A stretch of DNA of 64,000 nt. It comes from Andalucia godoyi And28 (Eukaryota > Protista > Jakobida). The position numbers were made by a program, and so were the translations under genes. The notes beneath the pieces were generated by a model that was not told the DNA's origin, searched no databases, and worked only from the letters and a program-made list of their open reading frames with translations. This document shows positions 11,006-23,445 of this stretch, piece after piece (the first letter of the stretch is position 1; every line of letters starts with the position of its first letter). The DNA lies in NCBI GenBank assembly GCA_009859145.1, contig VRVR01000012.1, positions 316,119 through 380,118 of the forward strand, read 5' to 3'.

Positions 11006-14000
11006 ATGGCATCGAAACGAGGCCGTCCTTTTGAGTTTGGTGGACGAGTGGGCGTCGGAGTTCGAATCCGGCCTCCGTTTCAGCATGAAGTTGACTCGAG
11101 TGATTTTCAGGCGATCGTCAGGCCCGTTCACAACGATCATGCGGATACCGAGTACCCAACACAGATTCTTCTGTCTCACTCTGACTTTTCCGTATGTTGC
11201 GCATTGTTGCTATGCATCTTCTTAATCATCATCATTATTGGCGTTATTGTCGTCATCATACGTGCACGTGCACATGCATTTCAATTCATCGTCGTGAGTG
11301 TTGTTTTATGCAAGTGTTTACTTACCATTCCCACCATTTCCCCATTGTTTTTGACTGTGCACGCACGATTGGTAGGACCAAGCAAGAGAATTCAACTTTG
11401 ACATTGCTTTTGGAGCAGAGATTCAACAGCATGAAGTATTCGCTACGATTGGGCAGCCCATCGTCGATGTATGTATTCTCGCTCGCTTTTCTTTCTTCTT
11501 TCCCAACAGTCCACAGGTCTTCCGTGTTCTTCCATGATCTTTCCTATGCTTATTCTTCTTTGCTTGTATCGCCCTCGCAAATGATTTAGTGTGTATTGAA
11601 TGGCCTGAATGGAACGTTGTTTGCGTACGGACAAACAGGTACGGGAAAGACGTACACGATGGGTATTCTCGGTCGCGTCCATTCGCTGGACTCTGGTCTT
11701 GTTCCACGGTCCGTGGTAACGCTGTTTGAGGCTTTGAACGCTGCAAAAGATCGCGAGTGGACGGTTACACTGTCATTTCTGCAGATTTACATGGAAACGC
11801 TCATTGATTTGCTAAATCCGGAGTCAGCAAACTTGCTCCAGTTGCGTGAGAATCCGCAGAAGGGATTCTACGTAGAAGGGTTGCAAGAAATCGAGATTTT
11901 CAGTGTAGAAGACGGACTGGATCTCATCAATTTGGGACTGGAAAACAGAGTCATGGCCCCAACGCTGATGAATGCCACATCGTCTCGATCGCATACGTTG
12001 CTGACCCTGAGTCTTCGTCAAAGAAAAGGGAAAGAAGCAGCAGCTGCAACCGGTGCGCCGTCATCGTCTGCTGCAGGTTTGGCAATGATTCCAGCTTCGT
12101 CATCGTCGACGGTCACACATTCGAAGCTGACACTTGTGGATTTGGCTGGATCGGAAAGAGTGCGGAAGACCAATTCCAATGGGATGCGATTGGACGAGGC
12201 AAAATCGATCAACCAATCGCTGTCCACACTTGGAAACGTGATTGCGGCGCTCACGGATCCAAACAACCAACACACACCCTACAGAGATTCGAAGCTCACG
12301 AGGCTGTTGCAGGACAGTCTCGGTGGCAATTCCAACACATTTCTGCTTGCGACGGTGGGACCATCGAAGGATTGTTACCAAGAAACCCTGAGCACACTCT
12401 TGTTTGCGCAGCGTTGTATGCATGTCAAGACGTATGCAGTGGTGAACGCGCAAGTGAATTACAAAGTTCTGTCCAAGGATCTGCAGCGAGAGTTAGAGGC
12501 CGTCAAGCACGAGTTTTTGGCCCGAGAAGCGGTCTTGTCTGCACGATATGAAACGCTTCTCAAGGATGTGTCTGCACAGCTTGCGTCGGCTGGTTTAGCC
12601 GTGTCTTCGGCAAGCAGCGCACCGTCTCCGCTGAGCTCGTCGACCCCAGGAGTCTCGTTTGGGGCTTCTGCGTCCGTCGCAGGGTATCCGTCGACACCGC
12701 AGGGCAGCCAAGATCCCGGCGGACTCCGCAAGGCTGCCGAGTCTGCGTGGAAGCTCGTGTACTTGTTGTACGAGACAGTGCAGGAAATGCATGAAACGTC
12801 TCGGAAGCCAGTGTCGGAGCAGTCGACACGAGACGCAGCAACCGTTACGAATCTTGCGGGCTCGGGTGGCAGCGCAGTGGTCAATGGTAGCACCAGTGCA
12901 GGCGGTGCAGGCGGACGGGCAAGCCCATCGGCAACCAAGGTTTCGTTGGATCAGTTCAAACGAGTGGAGGATTTTGTGCGCCACATTCAGGAACTGAGAC
13001 TGCGGACTGCCGGTCACGTCGAGTATCTCTCGTCGATTCTCCAAATCAAGGACTTGCAATTGACCCAATTGCGCTCCGAGCTCAATCGACATGAAACTGA
13101 AAAGGCAGAGCGGGATCGTGAACTGGCCAACTGGAGCAAGCTTCTCAAATATCTTCTCACGACAAATGCCACTCTTCGTCGCCAAATTCTGGAGCAACGC
13201 CAAGGTCTTCCGGTGGTCACGGTATCGACTGCGGATGCAAACAACAACCAGCACTCCGTCCATAATCCGTACTCCAACGCGGAGGACACACATAGTAACA
13301 TTGATAGTACCAGCAGCCATAACCACAACAGGAGCAGCAGCAGGCGGAGTAGCAACAACGACAACAACAACAACAACATCAACAACATCCTCAATAGTAG
13401 TAGTAGTATCAGTTTTCGTAAGGGCGGCTCGTTTCAGCCGTTGTTACATCTTATTAACGGAGTTGTTCTTTTGCAGCGACAGTTTCGCCGACGTCGTGCA
13501 AATCGCAAGATAGATCAAGAGCGTGCAGAGTCTCGTCGTCGAGAGCTCATTGTTCGGACATCAATGCAACACGCGTCTTTGATGCCTGTTTCTGCGAATC
13601 CATCTCTTCGAATAGAGAGACAGTCATCGTCTCCCGAGCTTGTTCTGCCATCCACACCGTCTTCTTCCGTGGCTTCTTCTTCTACATACTCGTCCAGCGC
13701 ACCGCGTCCAACCACTCCGACTTCATTTTCGTTGCAAAGTAGCTCAAAGCGCAGAGCGCCTGCAGGAATGGACGGCACGTCGTCTTCCTCTTCTCTGAAC
13801 CGTAGAACGACTCGATCGGGATCGCTGAACATTCAATCCACACGGATTCCGGGTCTTGGGAACAACAACGGTCATTTAGACGATCCACTTGCGGCCCTTC
13901 TCCCTCCCCCACGGAACACACATTCTTCAGCGTCAGTTTCATCAGCATCAGCATCCGCATCATCATCTCTATTATCGGCATCTTCCGGAATTTCGTCGCC

Positions 14001-14289
14001 TGCGTGGAATCTTAACATGAGCACGAGCACCACCGGAAGCCTGATGAACCATCCTCCAACACAGGTTTCTCTGTCATCATCGTCTTCATTGTTGTTGTCG
14101 AATAATGCAGGACTGGGAGGCCGTGAAACACCAATTCCAAAGGTTTCACCTTCGAATTCCGATGTCTCACTGTCCAGATACTCGGGTGTTCGAATTCTGG
14201 ATGCAGAGGATGGCTCGGAAGCGGTCGATGACGAGGATCTGGCCACGTTCAGCCAGCTGGACGAATACCTCCGCCAAGTAAAGGCGTGA
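11006..14289 (+). CDS. Kinesin motor protein; join(11006..11191,11376..11468,11590..14289)
   Basis: Exon 1 VGVRIRP, exon 2 REFNFDIAFG..EVFATIGQPIVD, exon 3 CVLNGLNGTLFAYGQTGTGKT, NATSSRSH, LVDLAGSER, HTPYRDSKLTRLLQDSLGGN. Both introns are phase 0 with GTATGT..TAG (184 and 121 nt). Coiled coil, IQ-like LQRQFRRRR and an S-rich tail follow. Confidence 0.92.
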
Positions 14290-14457
14290 TTCCCGAACGA
14301 CACCGGCATCCTGAACCACATCGACAAAATCATCGTCGGCAATCAGAACATTTTGTCACCAAAAACAAAACAACAAACAGAACAAACAAACAAAAACGTC
14401 ATCTATTGTAGGCATTTTTATTACAGTTCAATATAATATGGAGTTCATCACATGTGG

Positions 14458-14461
<4 letters not shown>

Positions 14462-14523
<62 letters not shown>
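14462..14523. repeat. (AG)31 microsatellite
   Basis: Pure AG tract between the convergent kinesin and acyltransferase 3' ends. Confidence 0.95.
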
Positions 14524-14526
<3 letters not shown>

Positions 14527-14576
14527 AAACGACAGTAAGAAACAGTAAGAAACACAGCAACTACCGAAACAAAGGT

Positions 14577-16859
14577 CTAGACTGGATCCATGGACAGCAA
14601 CGGCGTCGTTCCCGTTGACTGTCGTGCGGACCCTGTCAATCCATTCTCTCCGTCGTCGTTGCCGTTTCTACTGTTATCAACTGCAACATCAGCAGATGCT
14701 GATTCTGCCATCGATGTTGCTGTTGCTGTTGTTGTTGCAATCGCAGTTGCCGGAGCGCCCTCCGCAGTATTATCCGAACCAACAGACGCAGAGGCAGGGG
14801 AAGGTTCGGAGAACTGCGAGTTTGGTTGCTGTTGAAAGACTGCCAAGTTGCGGGCGCCATACGACGAGGTTTGGATTTGTGAGAGGGACGAGGAACGTCC
14901 GATGGCAGGAGAAGGCACGTGTAGGACGGTTCCTTCGTCGGTCATGAGGATGTCGGTTGTAGGATGCGTGTCATCGATATTGGAAGTGATGATGCCCTCC
15001 ATTCTGGAGTTGTCTGTTTCCGATTTTGCAATTTCTCTGAGGAGTCTGGACCGTTCGTCCGGAGACGACGGTCGGAGCGAGAGCTGTCTGAACTGGTAAT
15101 TAGAAATGGGAACTGTTCCGGGCGGCAGAACCCGTTGAGAGTCTGGGATGTGCGCAGCGTGGATCTGGACTGCGGCCCGCAGAGCCTGGACCAAATCGGC
15201 TCTCATTTCCTGCAACGAGTGTATTTCGTCTGCTCTCCACGCCATTCGAAACACGAGTCGGAGACGCGTCCAGCACTTCTTGCGCTCCTCGGACACGCGC
15301 ATCGTGATATAGGCAAGGACAGGGAATCCAAAAAAGACCACGAGGGCCCACCAGCCGCCGTTCAAGATCGAAGTGTATGTGTTGAGCAGAGCGGCGGCAA
15401 TCACGGTGTAGACGATGTCCAACAGCGGAAGCAGGATGAACACAATGATGATCTTGTACGTTGCAATGACATCGCGGCCAGCCTTTTGGCCAATCTTCTG
15501 CGATTGGTACCTTGCATAGAGCGCAAGAGGGCCGCAAAGGATCGCACCAATGATTGAAAACGGAATGAAGATGGCCACGAACACCAGATTCCACAGCAAC
15601 TCCAGCACAGCACTCGACGTTGACCGCACGCCCGACCGGATCTGCGCATCCGACACGTTCAACATGCCGAGAGTCTCGTGGTATGCTGCAAGATGCGATC
15701 GCAGGTCCTGGATGTAGTCCAGATCGCGGATGTGCTTGTAGGTGTCTGTAAACTGGCGCATCAGTCGCGTTCTAGCTGCAAGCGTCCATTGGTAGTCTGA
15801 CGGTGCGTACAGATCACAGGAGAGATGCGCGAGTGCAATGGTTTCCCAGTCATCTGCATTGACCGTGACACCCCGCATTCCAAGCTCAACCTCCTTGAGC
15901 AGTGCCTTGACGGCTGCCCGCGGATCCTGCGCGTGTAACTGCATCAGCTCCGGTGTAATCGCGATTGGCGGCCCAAAGTGCAGCAACGCCTTGGACCGGA
16001 ACCGGTCTCCATGCACGTAGTTGTGACCCACAGGCACAATCACAAGCCCAGAGTCCGGATACTTGCTCACCACTCCCAGAGCTATCCGTCCAATCCCCGT
16101 CTTGAGCTCTTGCAGCTCGGGCTTGTCATGCGATATTCCCTCCGCATAGATGCCCAGACACTCGTGCTCCTTGCCCAGCACCTTGAACACTGCTTCAAAC
16201 GCAGACGAGTTGTCCACATGCGCAGTCCCGCTCACACTGCTTCTCGCTGGTGTTTCCACTGCCAGGTTCGACCGGATCGTCACCATCTCCATCTCCTTGT
16301 CCGTCGTCGCAGCATCCGTTGGAGGAGAAGAAGAAGGAGAAGAAGAAGGAGAAGAAGAAGGAGAAGAAGAAGCAACAGGGACAGGTTGGAAATCACTATG
16401 AATGGACGAACCACTGACGACTTCTTCGCTTGTGGGTCTTGCTACCGAATGGCCCAAAAGACCTGTTTTTGCAGAGTTTGTGTCTCCGGGCTGCGTGGGC
16501 ATTGCGGGGTGTGGATTGTGGTTTGCGCTGTTCGCGCCAGATTCAGCAGTTGAAGCTACCGCTTGAAGCTCGGCGACATGGTCCTGCCGGCGCTTGACAG
16601 GCACGGCACCGAGCCCGCGGGCTACCATGCCCATACATGGCACCCGGAACAGCGTGTCCTTGGCCATCATATGCACCGGCCGCGGCGACTTGGCAATCAT
16701 CAGCAACCCATCAACTAGCCCATTCGGGTGATTTCCTGACAAAATCACCGACGTCAACCGCGGCACATTCTCCGAACCGACAACCTCAACCTTTGAAAAG
16801 AAGATCGCAACCACTACACGGAACAAGAACCGCCAAAACGAATACCAAGCTGAAAACAT
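14577..16859 (-). CDS. Glycerol-3-phosphate/DHAP acyltransferase, Sct1/Gpt2-like
   Basis: HX4D motif GNHPNGLVD, PVKRRQD, GIYAEGISHDKP, IVPVGHNY and C-terminal TM helices with GRDVIATYK. Confidence 0.85.
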   Translation of the reverse strand: MFSAWYSFWRFLFRVVVAIFFSKVEVVGSENVPRLTSVILSGNHPNGLVDGLLMIAKSPRPVHMMAKDTLFRVPCMGMVARGLGAVPVKRRQDHVAELQAVASTAESGANSANHNPHPAMPTQPGDTNSAKTGLLGHSVARPTSEEVVSGSSIHSDFQPVPVASSSPSSSPSSSPSSSPPTDAATTDKEMEMVTIRSNLAVETPARSSVSGTAHVDNSSAFEAVFKVLGKEHECLGIYAEGISHDKPELQELKTGIGRIALGVVSKYPDSGLVIVPVGHNYVHGDRFRSKALLHFGPPIAITPELMQLHAQDPRAAVKALLKEVELGMRGVTVNADDWETIALAHLSCDLYAPSDYQWTLAARTRLMRQFTDTYKHIRDLDYIQDLRSHLAAYHETLGMLNVSDAQIRSGVRSTSSAVLELLWNLVFVAIFIPFSIIGAILCGPLALYARYQSQKIGQKAGRDVIATYKIIIVFILLPLLDIVYTVIAAALLNTYTSILNGGWWALVVFFGFPVLAYITMRVSEERKKCWTRLRLVFRMAWRADEIHSLQEMRADLVQALRAAVQIHAAHIPDSQRVLPPGTVPISNYQFRQLSLRPSSPDERSRLLREIAKSETDNSRMEGIITSNIDDTHPTTDILMTDEGTVLHVPSPAIGRSSSLSQIQTSSYGARNLAVFQQQPNSQFSEPSPASASVGSDNTAEGAPATAIATTTATATSMAESASADVAVDNSRNGNDDGENGLTGSARQSTGTTPLLSMDPV

Positions 16860-17124
16860 TTATTCCATCCTCTTATCTCCGAATCTCTCCGCGTATCACA
16901 ACTGCCTTCTAACTACACCAATTGCAAGTGTGTTCAAAATTAACAAACAACAACAACAGCAACAACAGCAACAACAGCAACAATAACAACAACCAAAAAC
17001 TCGCAACAGTGAAAAGCACTCGATTTCAGTATGAGAAGCAAACTTGAAATGGAGGTCAGCTACAGTCGCTTGGAGGGAAAAAAAACACCAAAAGCCAACA
17101 ACTGGGGATGGAATCTTGTATTGT

Positions 17125-17607
17125 TTACGATGAAGCCTGAGTGCACTTGTACGAGACGATAGCCTCTTCGTCGCAGGCCGACTGGACCGAAACCATGACG
17201 TCCTTTCCAGCGTCAAAGTCTGCGCGGATGAGGTCTCCGAGCTCTCCTTCGGGCATGCGGAGGTCGTTCTTGGTGTCGCCGTCCTCGGTGAGGAGCGAGA
17301 CGAAGCCGTCTGCACCAATGTCCAGGAGCGAAAACTCGATACGCTTGACGATGGGCACCTCAACGTTATGCGAGGTCGGGGCAACATCCTCGTACTTGCG
17401 GCCGGTGAAAATATCAATACCGACATAGTTCGCCTTTGCATGGCCATGCTTGCCGGTCTTGGACGTCGAAACCTCCATCACCTTGCACGGACGATCCTTG
17501 ATCATCACAAAGCCACCCTTCTTCAAGTTTCCAGCCTGCGTGGGAATCGTGTTGGACGCTCCAGCTCCAGTCGCCTCAAAAGTATCAACCTCGTCTCCCG
17601 ATGACAT
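17125..17607 (-). CDS. EIF5A: Translation factor eIF5A
   Basis: Hypusination motif STSKTGKHGHAK within a 160-aa intronless ORF. Confidence 0.98.
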   Translation of the reverse strand: MSSGDEVDTFEATGAGASNTIPTQAGNLKKGGFVMIKDRPCKVMEVSTSKTGKHGHAKANYVGIDIFTGRKYEDVAPTSHNVEVPIVKRIEFSLLDIGADGFVSLLTEDGDTKNDLRMPEGELGDLIRADFDAGKDVMVSVQSACDEEAIVSYKCTQASS

Positions 17608-18452
17608 TCTCCTGCTCTCCTAATTCAATAATTTATAATGGAAAAAAACCCCAAAACAACAATCGCAGAAAACACACACACTCTAAATTTTATGCAAAAA
17701 AATTATTATAGAGAATGTGAGCAAGACAAGAAAGGAAAAAGAAGGAGAAAGGAAAAAGAAAAAGGAAAAGAAAAAGAAAAGAAAAGAGACAAATACGAAA
17801 AACAATGCGAGAAATGCGCTTTGCGACACGCCCGAACTTCGAAAAGAGAGAGAGAGAGAGAGAGAAAGGGTACAAAGTAGGGGGGGAAAGCAAGGAAAAA
17901 AACGAGTATGATGAGGTAGGGTTTCTCGAGGGTCGACTTTCCACACAGCATTGGGGAGGGGAAGAGATACCCTTTTCCCTTTCCCCTTCCTTCACCTGCA
18001 TGCAACACAATACAGAAAAAGTCGCCTTTTGCGCGAAACCCTCGAACCCCAGACCCGGTAACTACCCTCTCCGCCTGTGTAAACCCTAAAAGCGACCGAG
18101 TGCCCTCCCATCCTCCAGCAACCCTTTTTCTTTTGATAGCATGGGTTGATGCTATCGCACGATTTTTTCCCCTTGACTTTGTCTACAGCCGCTGGATCTG
18201 CACTCTCCGCCGCAGCCCTTCTCCCTCGTGAACGAATGAGGATCCAGGCTTTGCACTGTTGTTTCTGCTATGTACTATCATCATGATTGGTGCTGGTGTT
18301 AGTGCTAGTGCTAGTGTCGGTATTAGTGTCGGTGTTAGTGCAAATATTACGGATATTGACAATATCGTTTTTTACTTGACTGATTGACTAATTCACTAAG
18401 TGGTTTTTTTTGTTTTGTTTAAAAGAAAGGCTCTTTCCTTGGTTGATGAACG

Positions 18453-19121
18453 ATGTCGGGTCGTCCACCTTCCGAGATCAATTTCAAGATCATTGTAGTA
18501 GGTGAGTCAGGAATTGGCAAGACTGCGTTTATCAAGATGTGTACGTATGGGGTGTTTACGAACTCGTACAAGGCGACGATTGGAGTGGATTTCTCTCTCA
18601 AGACGCTGTCGTGGGACGATGGGACTGTGATCCGGCTGCAGCTGTGGGACATTTCTGGCCAAGAACGATTTGGAAATATGACGCGAGTGTTTTATCGCGA
18701 TGCGGTTGGTGCATTTGTAATGCATGATTTGTCAAAGCGAGACACGCTGGATGCGTCTGCAAGGTGGAAGAACGATGTGGATGCAAAAGTAATGTTTGCT
18801 GCAGATGGAAGACCAATTCCATGCGTCCTTGTGGGAACGAAGTCGGACTTGCCTTCGCTTGTTGGGTATTCGCAGGCGGATCTCGATGCGTGGTGTGCGG
18901 ACCGCGGGTTCTATGGCCACATTGCTACTTCCGCAAAGAACAATTATCATCTGGACGAGGCCCTCGCTATGCTCACCAGAGCTATCATGGAGCGACTGGC
19001 GGCGGCTGGACTCCGCAAGCCAATTTTGGAAGCGCCGACCGTGAATGCTGTCCAGGTTGCCTCGAGCCGAAACTCGCAGCATCAGCAACATCTCCGAGAA
19101 GAGAAGAAAGGCTGTTGCTGA
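18453..19121 (+). CDS. RAB32: Rab32/38/29-subfamily small GTPase
   Basis: GESGIGKT, TIGVDFSLK, WDISGQERFGNMTRVFYRDA (the WDIAGQE-type signature of this subfamily), TSAK and C-terminal CC. Confidence 0.85.
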   Translation: MSGRPPSEINFKIIVVGESGIGKTAFIKMCTYGVFTNSYKATIGVDFSLKTLSWDDGTVIRLQLWDISGQERFGNMTRVFYRDAVGAFVMHDLSKRDTLDASARWKNDVDAKVMFAADGRPIPCVLVGTKSDLPSLVGYSQADLDAWCADRGFYGHIATSAKNNYHLDEALAMLTRAIMERLAAAGLRKPILEAPTVNAVQVASSRNSQHQQHLREEKKGCC

Positions 19122-19293
19122 CGGTGCGGAAGGAGGAGGAGGGCGAATCAAAAAACAAAGCAGAGAAGGACGTATTTATTTATTTTGTTTCATGCTGCGT
19201 TACCGGTGATGCGGGTGCGTCCGTGCGTGGGTGTCCACAAAAAAAAAAGAGAATACAAAGAGCAGAAGGGGGAGGGGGGAATTCGCAAAATGT

Positions 19294-20015
19294 TTAGGAG
19301 TGGTGGCGGGGATGCTGTTGGTAGGATGCGAGGTACCATTGGGTGTAAGAGAGAGCGAGTGGGATAGCACGGGAGATGAGTGCTGCGTGCTCTTCGGACA
19401 TCGGGATGATGTCAACAATGTTTGTGACTTGCGCGCTGGCGTCTCGAAAGACGAGCGAGAGTGCAAAGGGTGTGCAGTCTTCTTTGCGAGCGTTTGTGAT
19501 CTTCTTGAGACCGCCGGTCTTCTTGTCGACAAGCTTTGCATACTCGGGCGAGTGGTGGATACCGCGCAACACATCGATTGTGCATGCGTTTTCCACACAG
19601 CCCACAAAGGAGAACTGCAGAACCTTCTTCACCTTGCTTGGCTTCTTTGCTGTCTTGATGTTTTCCTTGTACAGCGTGAACGAAAACTCGCCAAACAGAT
19701 CCATTGCCGCATACGACTCGCTTGCTTTGCCTTTCAGAACAACAAACACTGGAATTGACTCTTGTAAGACGGACAAGTCGGAGCGATCCAGTTCCGTAAA
19801 TGCATACTCTGCCGGAATCACTGCGGAGGACGGCCCTTCCTCAATTCCCTCCGTTGTTCTTTGCGGCTCTTGGCTTGCTTCCGCATCTGCCATTGTCCAT
19901 TTTGCAGATGTAGACGGTTCGGATGCAGTTTCCACAACGGGCGACACACCCTCCGGCTGCACCACGACCACCACTTCTTCGTCTTCTTTCCGTAGTTGGG
20001 CAGGCGCCTGTTGGG

Positions 20016-20047
<32 letters not shown>

Positions 20048-21471
20048 GGTTGCGGTTGTTGAGCAGCAACGGATGCCGGTCTCGGCGACGTCACCGCTGT
20101 TGCGGAACCTGAAGACTCTGCAGATGAAGAGACGATCAGGGCAGATTGGGCTTCTTTGCGCATGCGCTGCTCTTCTCGGAGCATTTTCCGCAGTTCCTCG
20201 ACCTCTCGTTTCAATTTGCGCATCTCTTCATCTCGTTTTCGAGCTTCTTCCTCGCTCTTTCTGTTGCTTTGTGACGGACCATCTCCCCCAACGGATGACG
20301 ACGAAGAGGCAGGAGCAGGAGCAGGAGCAAGGGGAGACCTGGTTTGATCGGCAGACTTTGAAGGCGAGTACTTTTCGAGAAGCTCTCTGCCTTCTCGTTC
20401 GTCATCAGCCATCCAGAGTCCCTGGATCACGCGGTCGAAAAGGTGTTGCCTGACTCGCATTACCTTGGCATGCTTGTCGTCCATAAGCCTGTCTCTTTCC
20501 GCCACCAGATTTCGTCTCATGCGATCCCGATTTTCCTCGACTTCCAACAACAGTACCTTCTCTCGATCCCGGTCGCGATCTTGATCACGTCCGCTCTCTT
20601 TTTCATCTTGTCGTCGCTCCTTTTCCTTGTCATTTTCAAACGCTCGCCAAACGCTTTGCTCGACACCGGCCCAGGAGCGCAGAGAGGTGCGCAGACCGTC
20701 CACATGGGACTGTGCGGAGCCGAGCGACACCGACTCTTCCGGATCAAACCTCCCCATGAGCTCCGTGCTTGCAGCCCGCGAACTGCAAAGAACGCTCTGA
20801 CGCTGTCGAACAAGGTCTTCCTTCTGCGCAAGCCCGTCAATTTCCACCATCAACAGTGACTTTTCATGCCGCAGCTTGTCAATTGCGCTTGGCGAAACCA
20901 CACGCGCGGCTGTCCATACCGATGAAGATGCGGTTGAAGGAGAAGCAGACGACGCAAACAACGAGGAGAGCGGCGGCGTGCTTGGATGCCGGCTCGTCGT
21001 TCGCGCAGGAATAATCGGACTTGAATAGTACAGTGGATCCGTGCTTTCAAACGACTTTTCATCTTTCGCAACCGAATAATAATAATCGCTATGATTACTA
21101 CTATTATTATTATAATTATTATTATAATTGTTGTTGTTGTTGTTGCTGGTTTTGTTATTGTAGGCATTGTTCAATGTAAATGTCACAGACTGAGACGGCG
21201 GGTGAGAATCAGGCGAATACAGAAACCGCGAATAATCGACTTCTGGATGCGACCTTGACAGTTTCTGCAGTCGGACAGCCTCATCCCACTCTGATGTCGT
21301 GGTGGAGGTGGAAGTGGCGGTGGCGGTGGCAAAAGACTGCAGAGTATGAGGACTGGAGCGAGAAGGTCGGAACGGTGAGAGTCCAGCAGCTCGCTCAAGA
21401 TCATCGAGTCGTTTAAGATCTGCCCGAATGCGATCTCGCGTTTCTTCAAGTATCGCAATCCCAGATTCCAT
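19294..21471 (-). CDS. Coiled-coil protein with a C-terminal PH-like domain (725 aa)
   Basis: Long ORF with charged heptads and N/Q runs. The C-terminal ~150 aa is beta-rich and ends in a helix; the PH fold is inferred. Confidence 0.65.
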
Positions 21472-21822
21472 CTCAATCGCAACTAAACTACAAATTTACA
21501 AACCTTTGAAAATCCCAAAAATCCCAAAAATCAAACCAAAGCAAATAAACGAAAACACTCTCAAATCCGAAAGTGGCCGTTTCGCAACGAGCCTAGTGGA
21601 TGAACTACGGCAGGTGAAGAAACTCGGTTTCCTCTTTTTTTCGGCATTGCATTACGACTGGTGTTTGGTTTTATATGTGCTTGTTAAGTGTTGTTATTAT
21701 TTTCCTCTTCTCGTTTTTCGGATTTTAGGATTTTAGGATTGATTGTGTTTTTGAGCAGATTGAGAGAGAGGGCGCAGAAGAAGAAGAAGAAGAAGAAGAA
21801 GAAGAAGAAGAAGAGGTGAAGA

Positions 21823-23208
21823 ATGCAAGGGACGGGCAGTTTGTCGCTTTGGGGCAGTTCTCCGGCATTTGCGCTCCCATCGCTGCTTTCGCGATCGTCG
21901 TCGCAGACTTTTATGCTCTCTGGTTCGAACGACCCTCGGCATTTGTTCAGCATTTTCGAGCGGATTGCACAAGATACTCACAGCAACAGCAGTAGTATAT
22001 ATGTGCATGAGAACCAGTTGGCGACGTTGGGTCGGATGTTATCGCTGTTAGCGATACTGCTGGATGCAGAGACGGGTCGCCGTGAGAAGACCGAGTGTTT
22101 TTGCGAAGTGTACGGGAACATCCGGATTCGGGAGGAGAGCCAAGCAGTGCTTAGTCGAGGGGCACGGAGCGTGTTGGATGCGTTGGTGCATGAGCGCGGG
22201 GCTTTGAGCGGGTTGCTTGATTTTGGCCTGCTGAGGCATTCCGAGCGTGATGAACTGGAAGCTGTGCTCGTGCGGTTCGTGAAGGGACCCTCAGGATCAG
22301 GATCAGGATCAGGATCAGGGTCGGGGTCGGGATTGGGGGTGGTGGATGGGCACTGGGACAAGCGACTGAGACTGTATTTCAAGGAACGGTACGAGGTCCG
22401 TGAGAACCTCATTGACTGGGACTACTCGATGGTTCTTGCACCAAAGTGCTCTGTGATTCACCCAGTGTTGTACACCCGGTGGAGAATGGTGGGCATGGCG
22501 TACGAATTCAGAAACCTGAACGAGGCTTCGTATGGCGTGGCCAACGAAACACTCGTCACGTCGTTTCCGGTCGTGGTTCAGGGAAAGGGAAGGGTCGACA
22601 CTCCGTCGTACTGGTCCGACATCGTCAATTCGCCCTACATTGGAATCGGTGCGTACTGCAACGACCCTGCAATGTACATAAAATCGCAGGACCAACACAC
22701 AAAGTCGCCGCTCGATATCGTGGACGTGAACATTACGGCGTGGATCGAGGTGCTGGAAAGGTTTCGGGACTGTCTGCAAAAGAAACAAGTGAAGATTTGC
22801 CTGCTTGTTGGCGAACTCGTACCGCAGCCGTCTCTCATGGAAATCACAGACGACGCAAAAGTAAGCATGAGAGAGCCGTCGTCCACCCAGCGTAACCTGC
22901 TTCGAAAGTTACCTCCAATCCAGTTCTTGTACCTGGGCGTGTTCCGTGCACATCTCATGAAGCTGTTTGCGCCCTTGTTGATTTCGGGATCAACATTCGC
23001 AGAAAAGGGGATCATGGTCGTCGAAACCACAAAATGGCTGCTGGAATTGAGAAAAGAGCACCACGATAAGTTCCGGGAGCGGGTCATGCAGATGGCAACC
23101 GACGACCACTCGTTTACCTTTATCCAAAACGGCCTGGAATGGAGGGTGCCGTTCGTCCAGGCAAGCGAAGAGAAGGAGCCCAGTTTCATGGTGTTCCAAG
23201 CCCCGTGA
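21823..23208 (+). CDS. DNAAF3: Axonemal dynein assembly factor 3 (PF22)
   Basis: LWGSSPA near the N-terminus, RYEVRENLIDWDYSMVL, WRMVGMAYE and YWSDIVNSPYIGIG match the DNAAF3 pattern. Confidence 0.8.
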   Translation: MQGTGSLSLWGSSPAFALPSLLSRSSSQTFMLSGSNDPRHLFSIFERIAQDTHSNSSSIYVHENQLATLGRMLSLLAILLDAETGRREKTECFCEVYGNIRIREESQAVLSRGARSVLDALVHERGALSGLLDFGLLRHSERDELEAVLVRFVKGPSGSGSGSGSGSGSGLGVVDGHWDKRLRLYFKERYEVRENLIDWDYSMVLAPKCSVIHPVLYTRWRMVGMAYEFRNLNEASYGVANETLVTSFPVVVQGKGRVDTPSYWSDIVNSPYIGIGAYCNDPAMYIKSQDQHTKSPLDIVDVNITAWIEVLERFRDCLQKKQVKICLLVGELVPQPSLMEITDDAKVSMREPSSTQRNLLRKLPPIQFLYLGVFRAHLMKLFAPLLISGSTFAEKGIMVVETTKWLLELRKEHHDKFRERVMQMATDDHSFTFIQNGLEWRVPFVQASEEKEPSFMVFQAP

Positions 23209-23445
23209 TGCATTCCAGTAAAAAGATCAAGGAGATGGAGGGACGGAAAGAGGAAAGCAAAAGGGTTACAACAACAACAGCAATAATAATAATAGTAATA
23301 ATAAAATGAAAGAGAAACAATTACGCTGTACCAGGTAGAAACAGAAAAAAACACTGGGGAAACCACGACATAAATAAAAAGACAAACAGGCAAAGACGGA
23401 ACGGATAAAAACAAACAAAAAACGGAAGCATGCGTGAATAATATA

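Noticed and set aside
11059-11075. GTTCGAATCC, a tRNA T-loop / B-box-like motif
   Set aside because: It lies in kinesin exon 1 (GVRIRP) with no cloverleaf around it. No tRNA was found in the window.
18021-18035. GCCTTTTGC resembling U5 snRNA loop 1
   Set aside because: One mismatch to GCCUUUUAC, flanks do not form the closing stem, and there is no Sm site.
21719-21741. TTTTAGGA repeats as possible telomeric sequence
   Set aside because: Only two to three imperfect units in a promoter spacer, and not TTAGGG-type.
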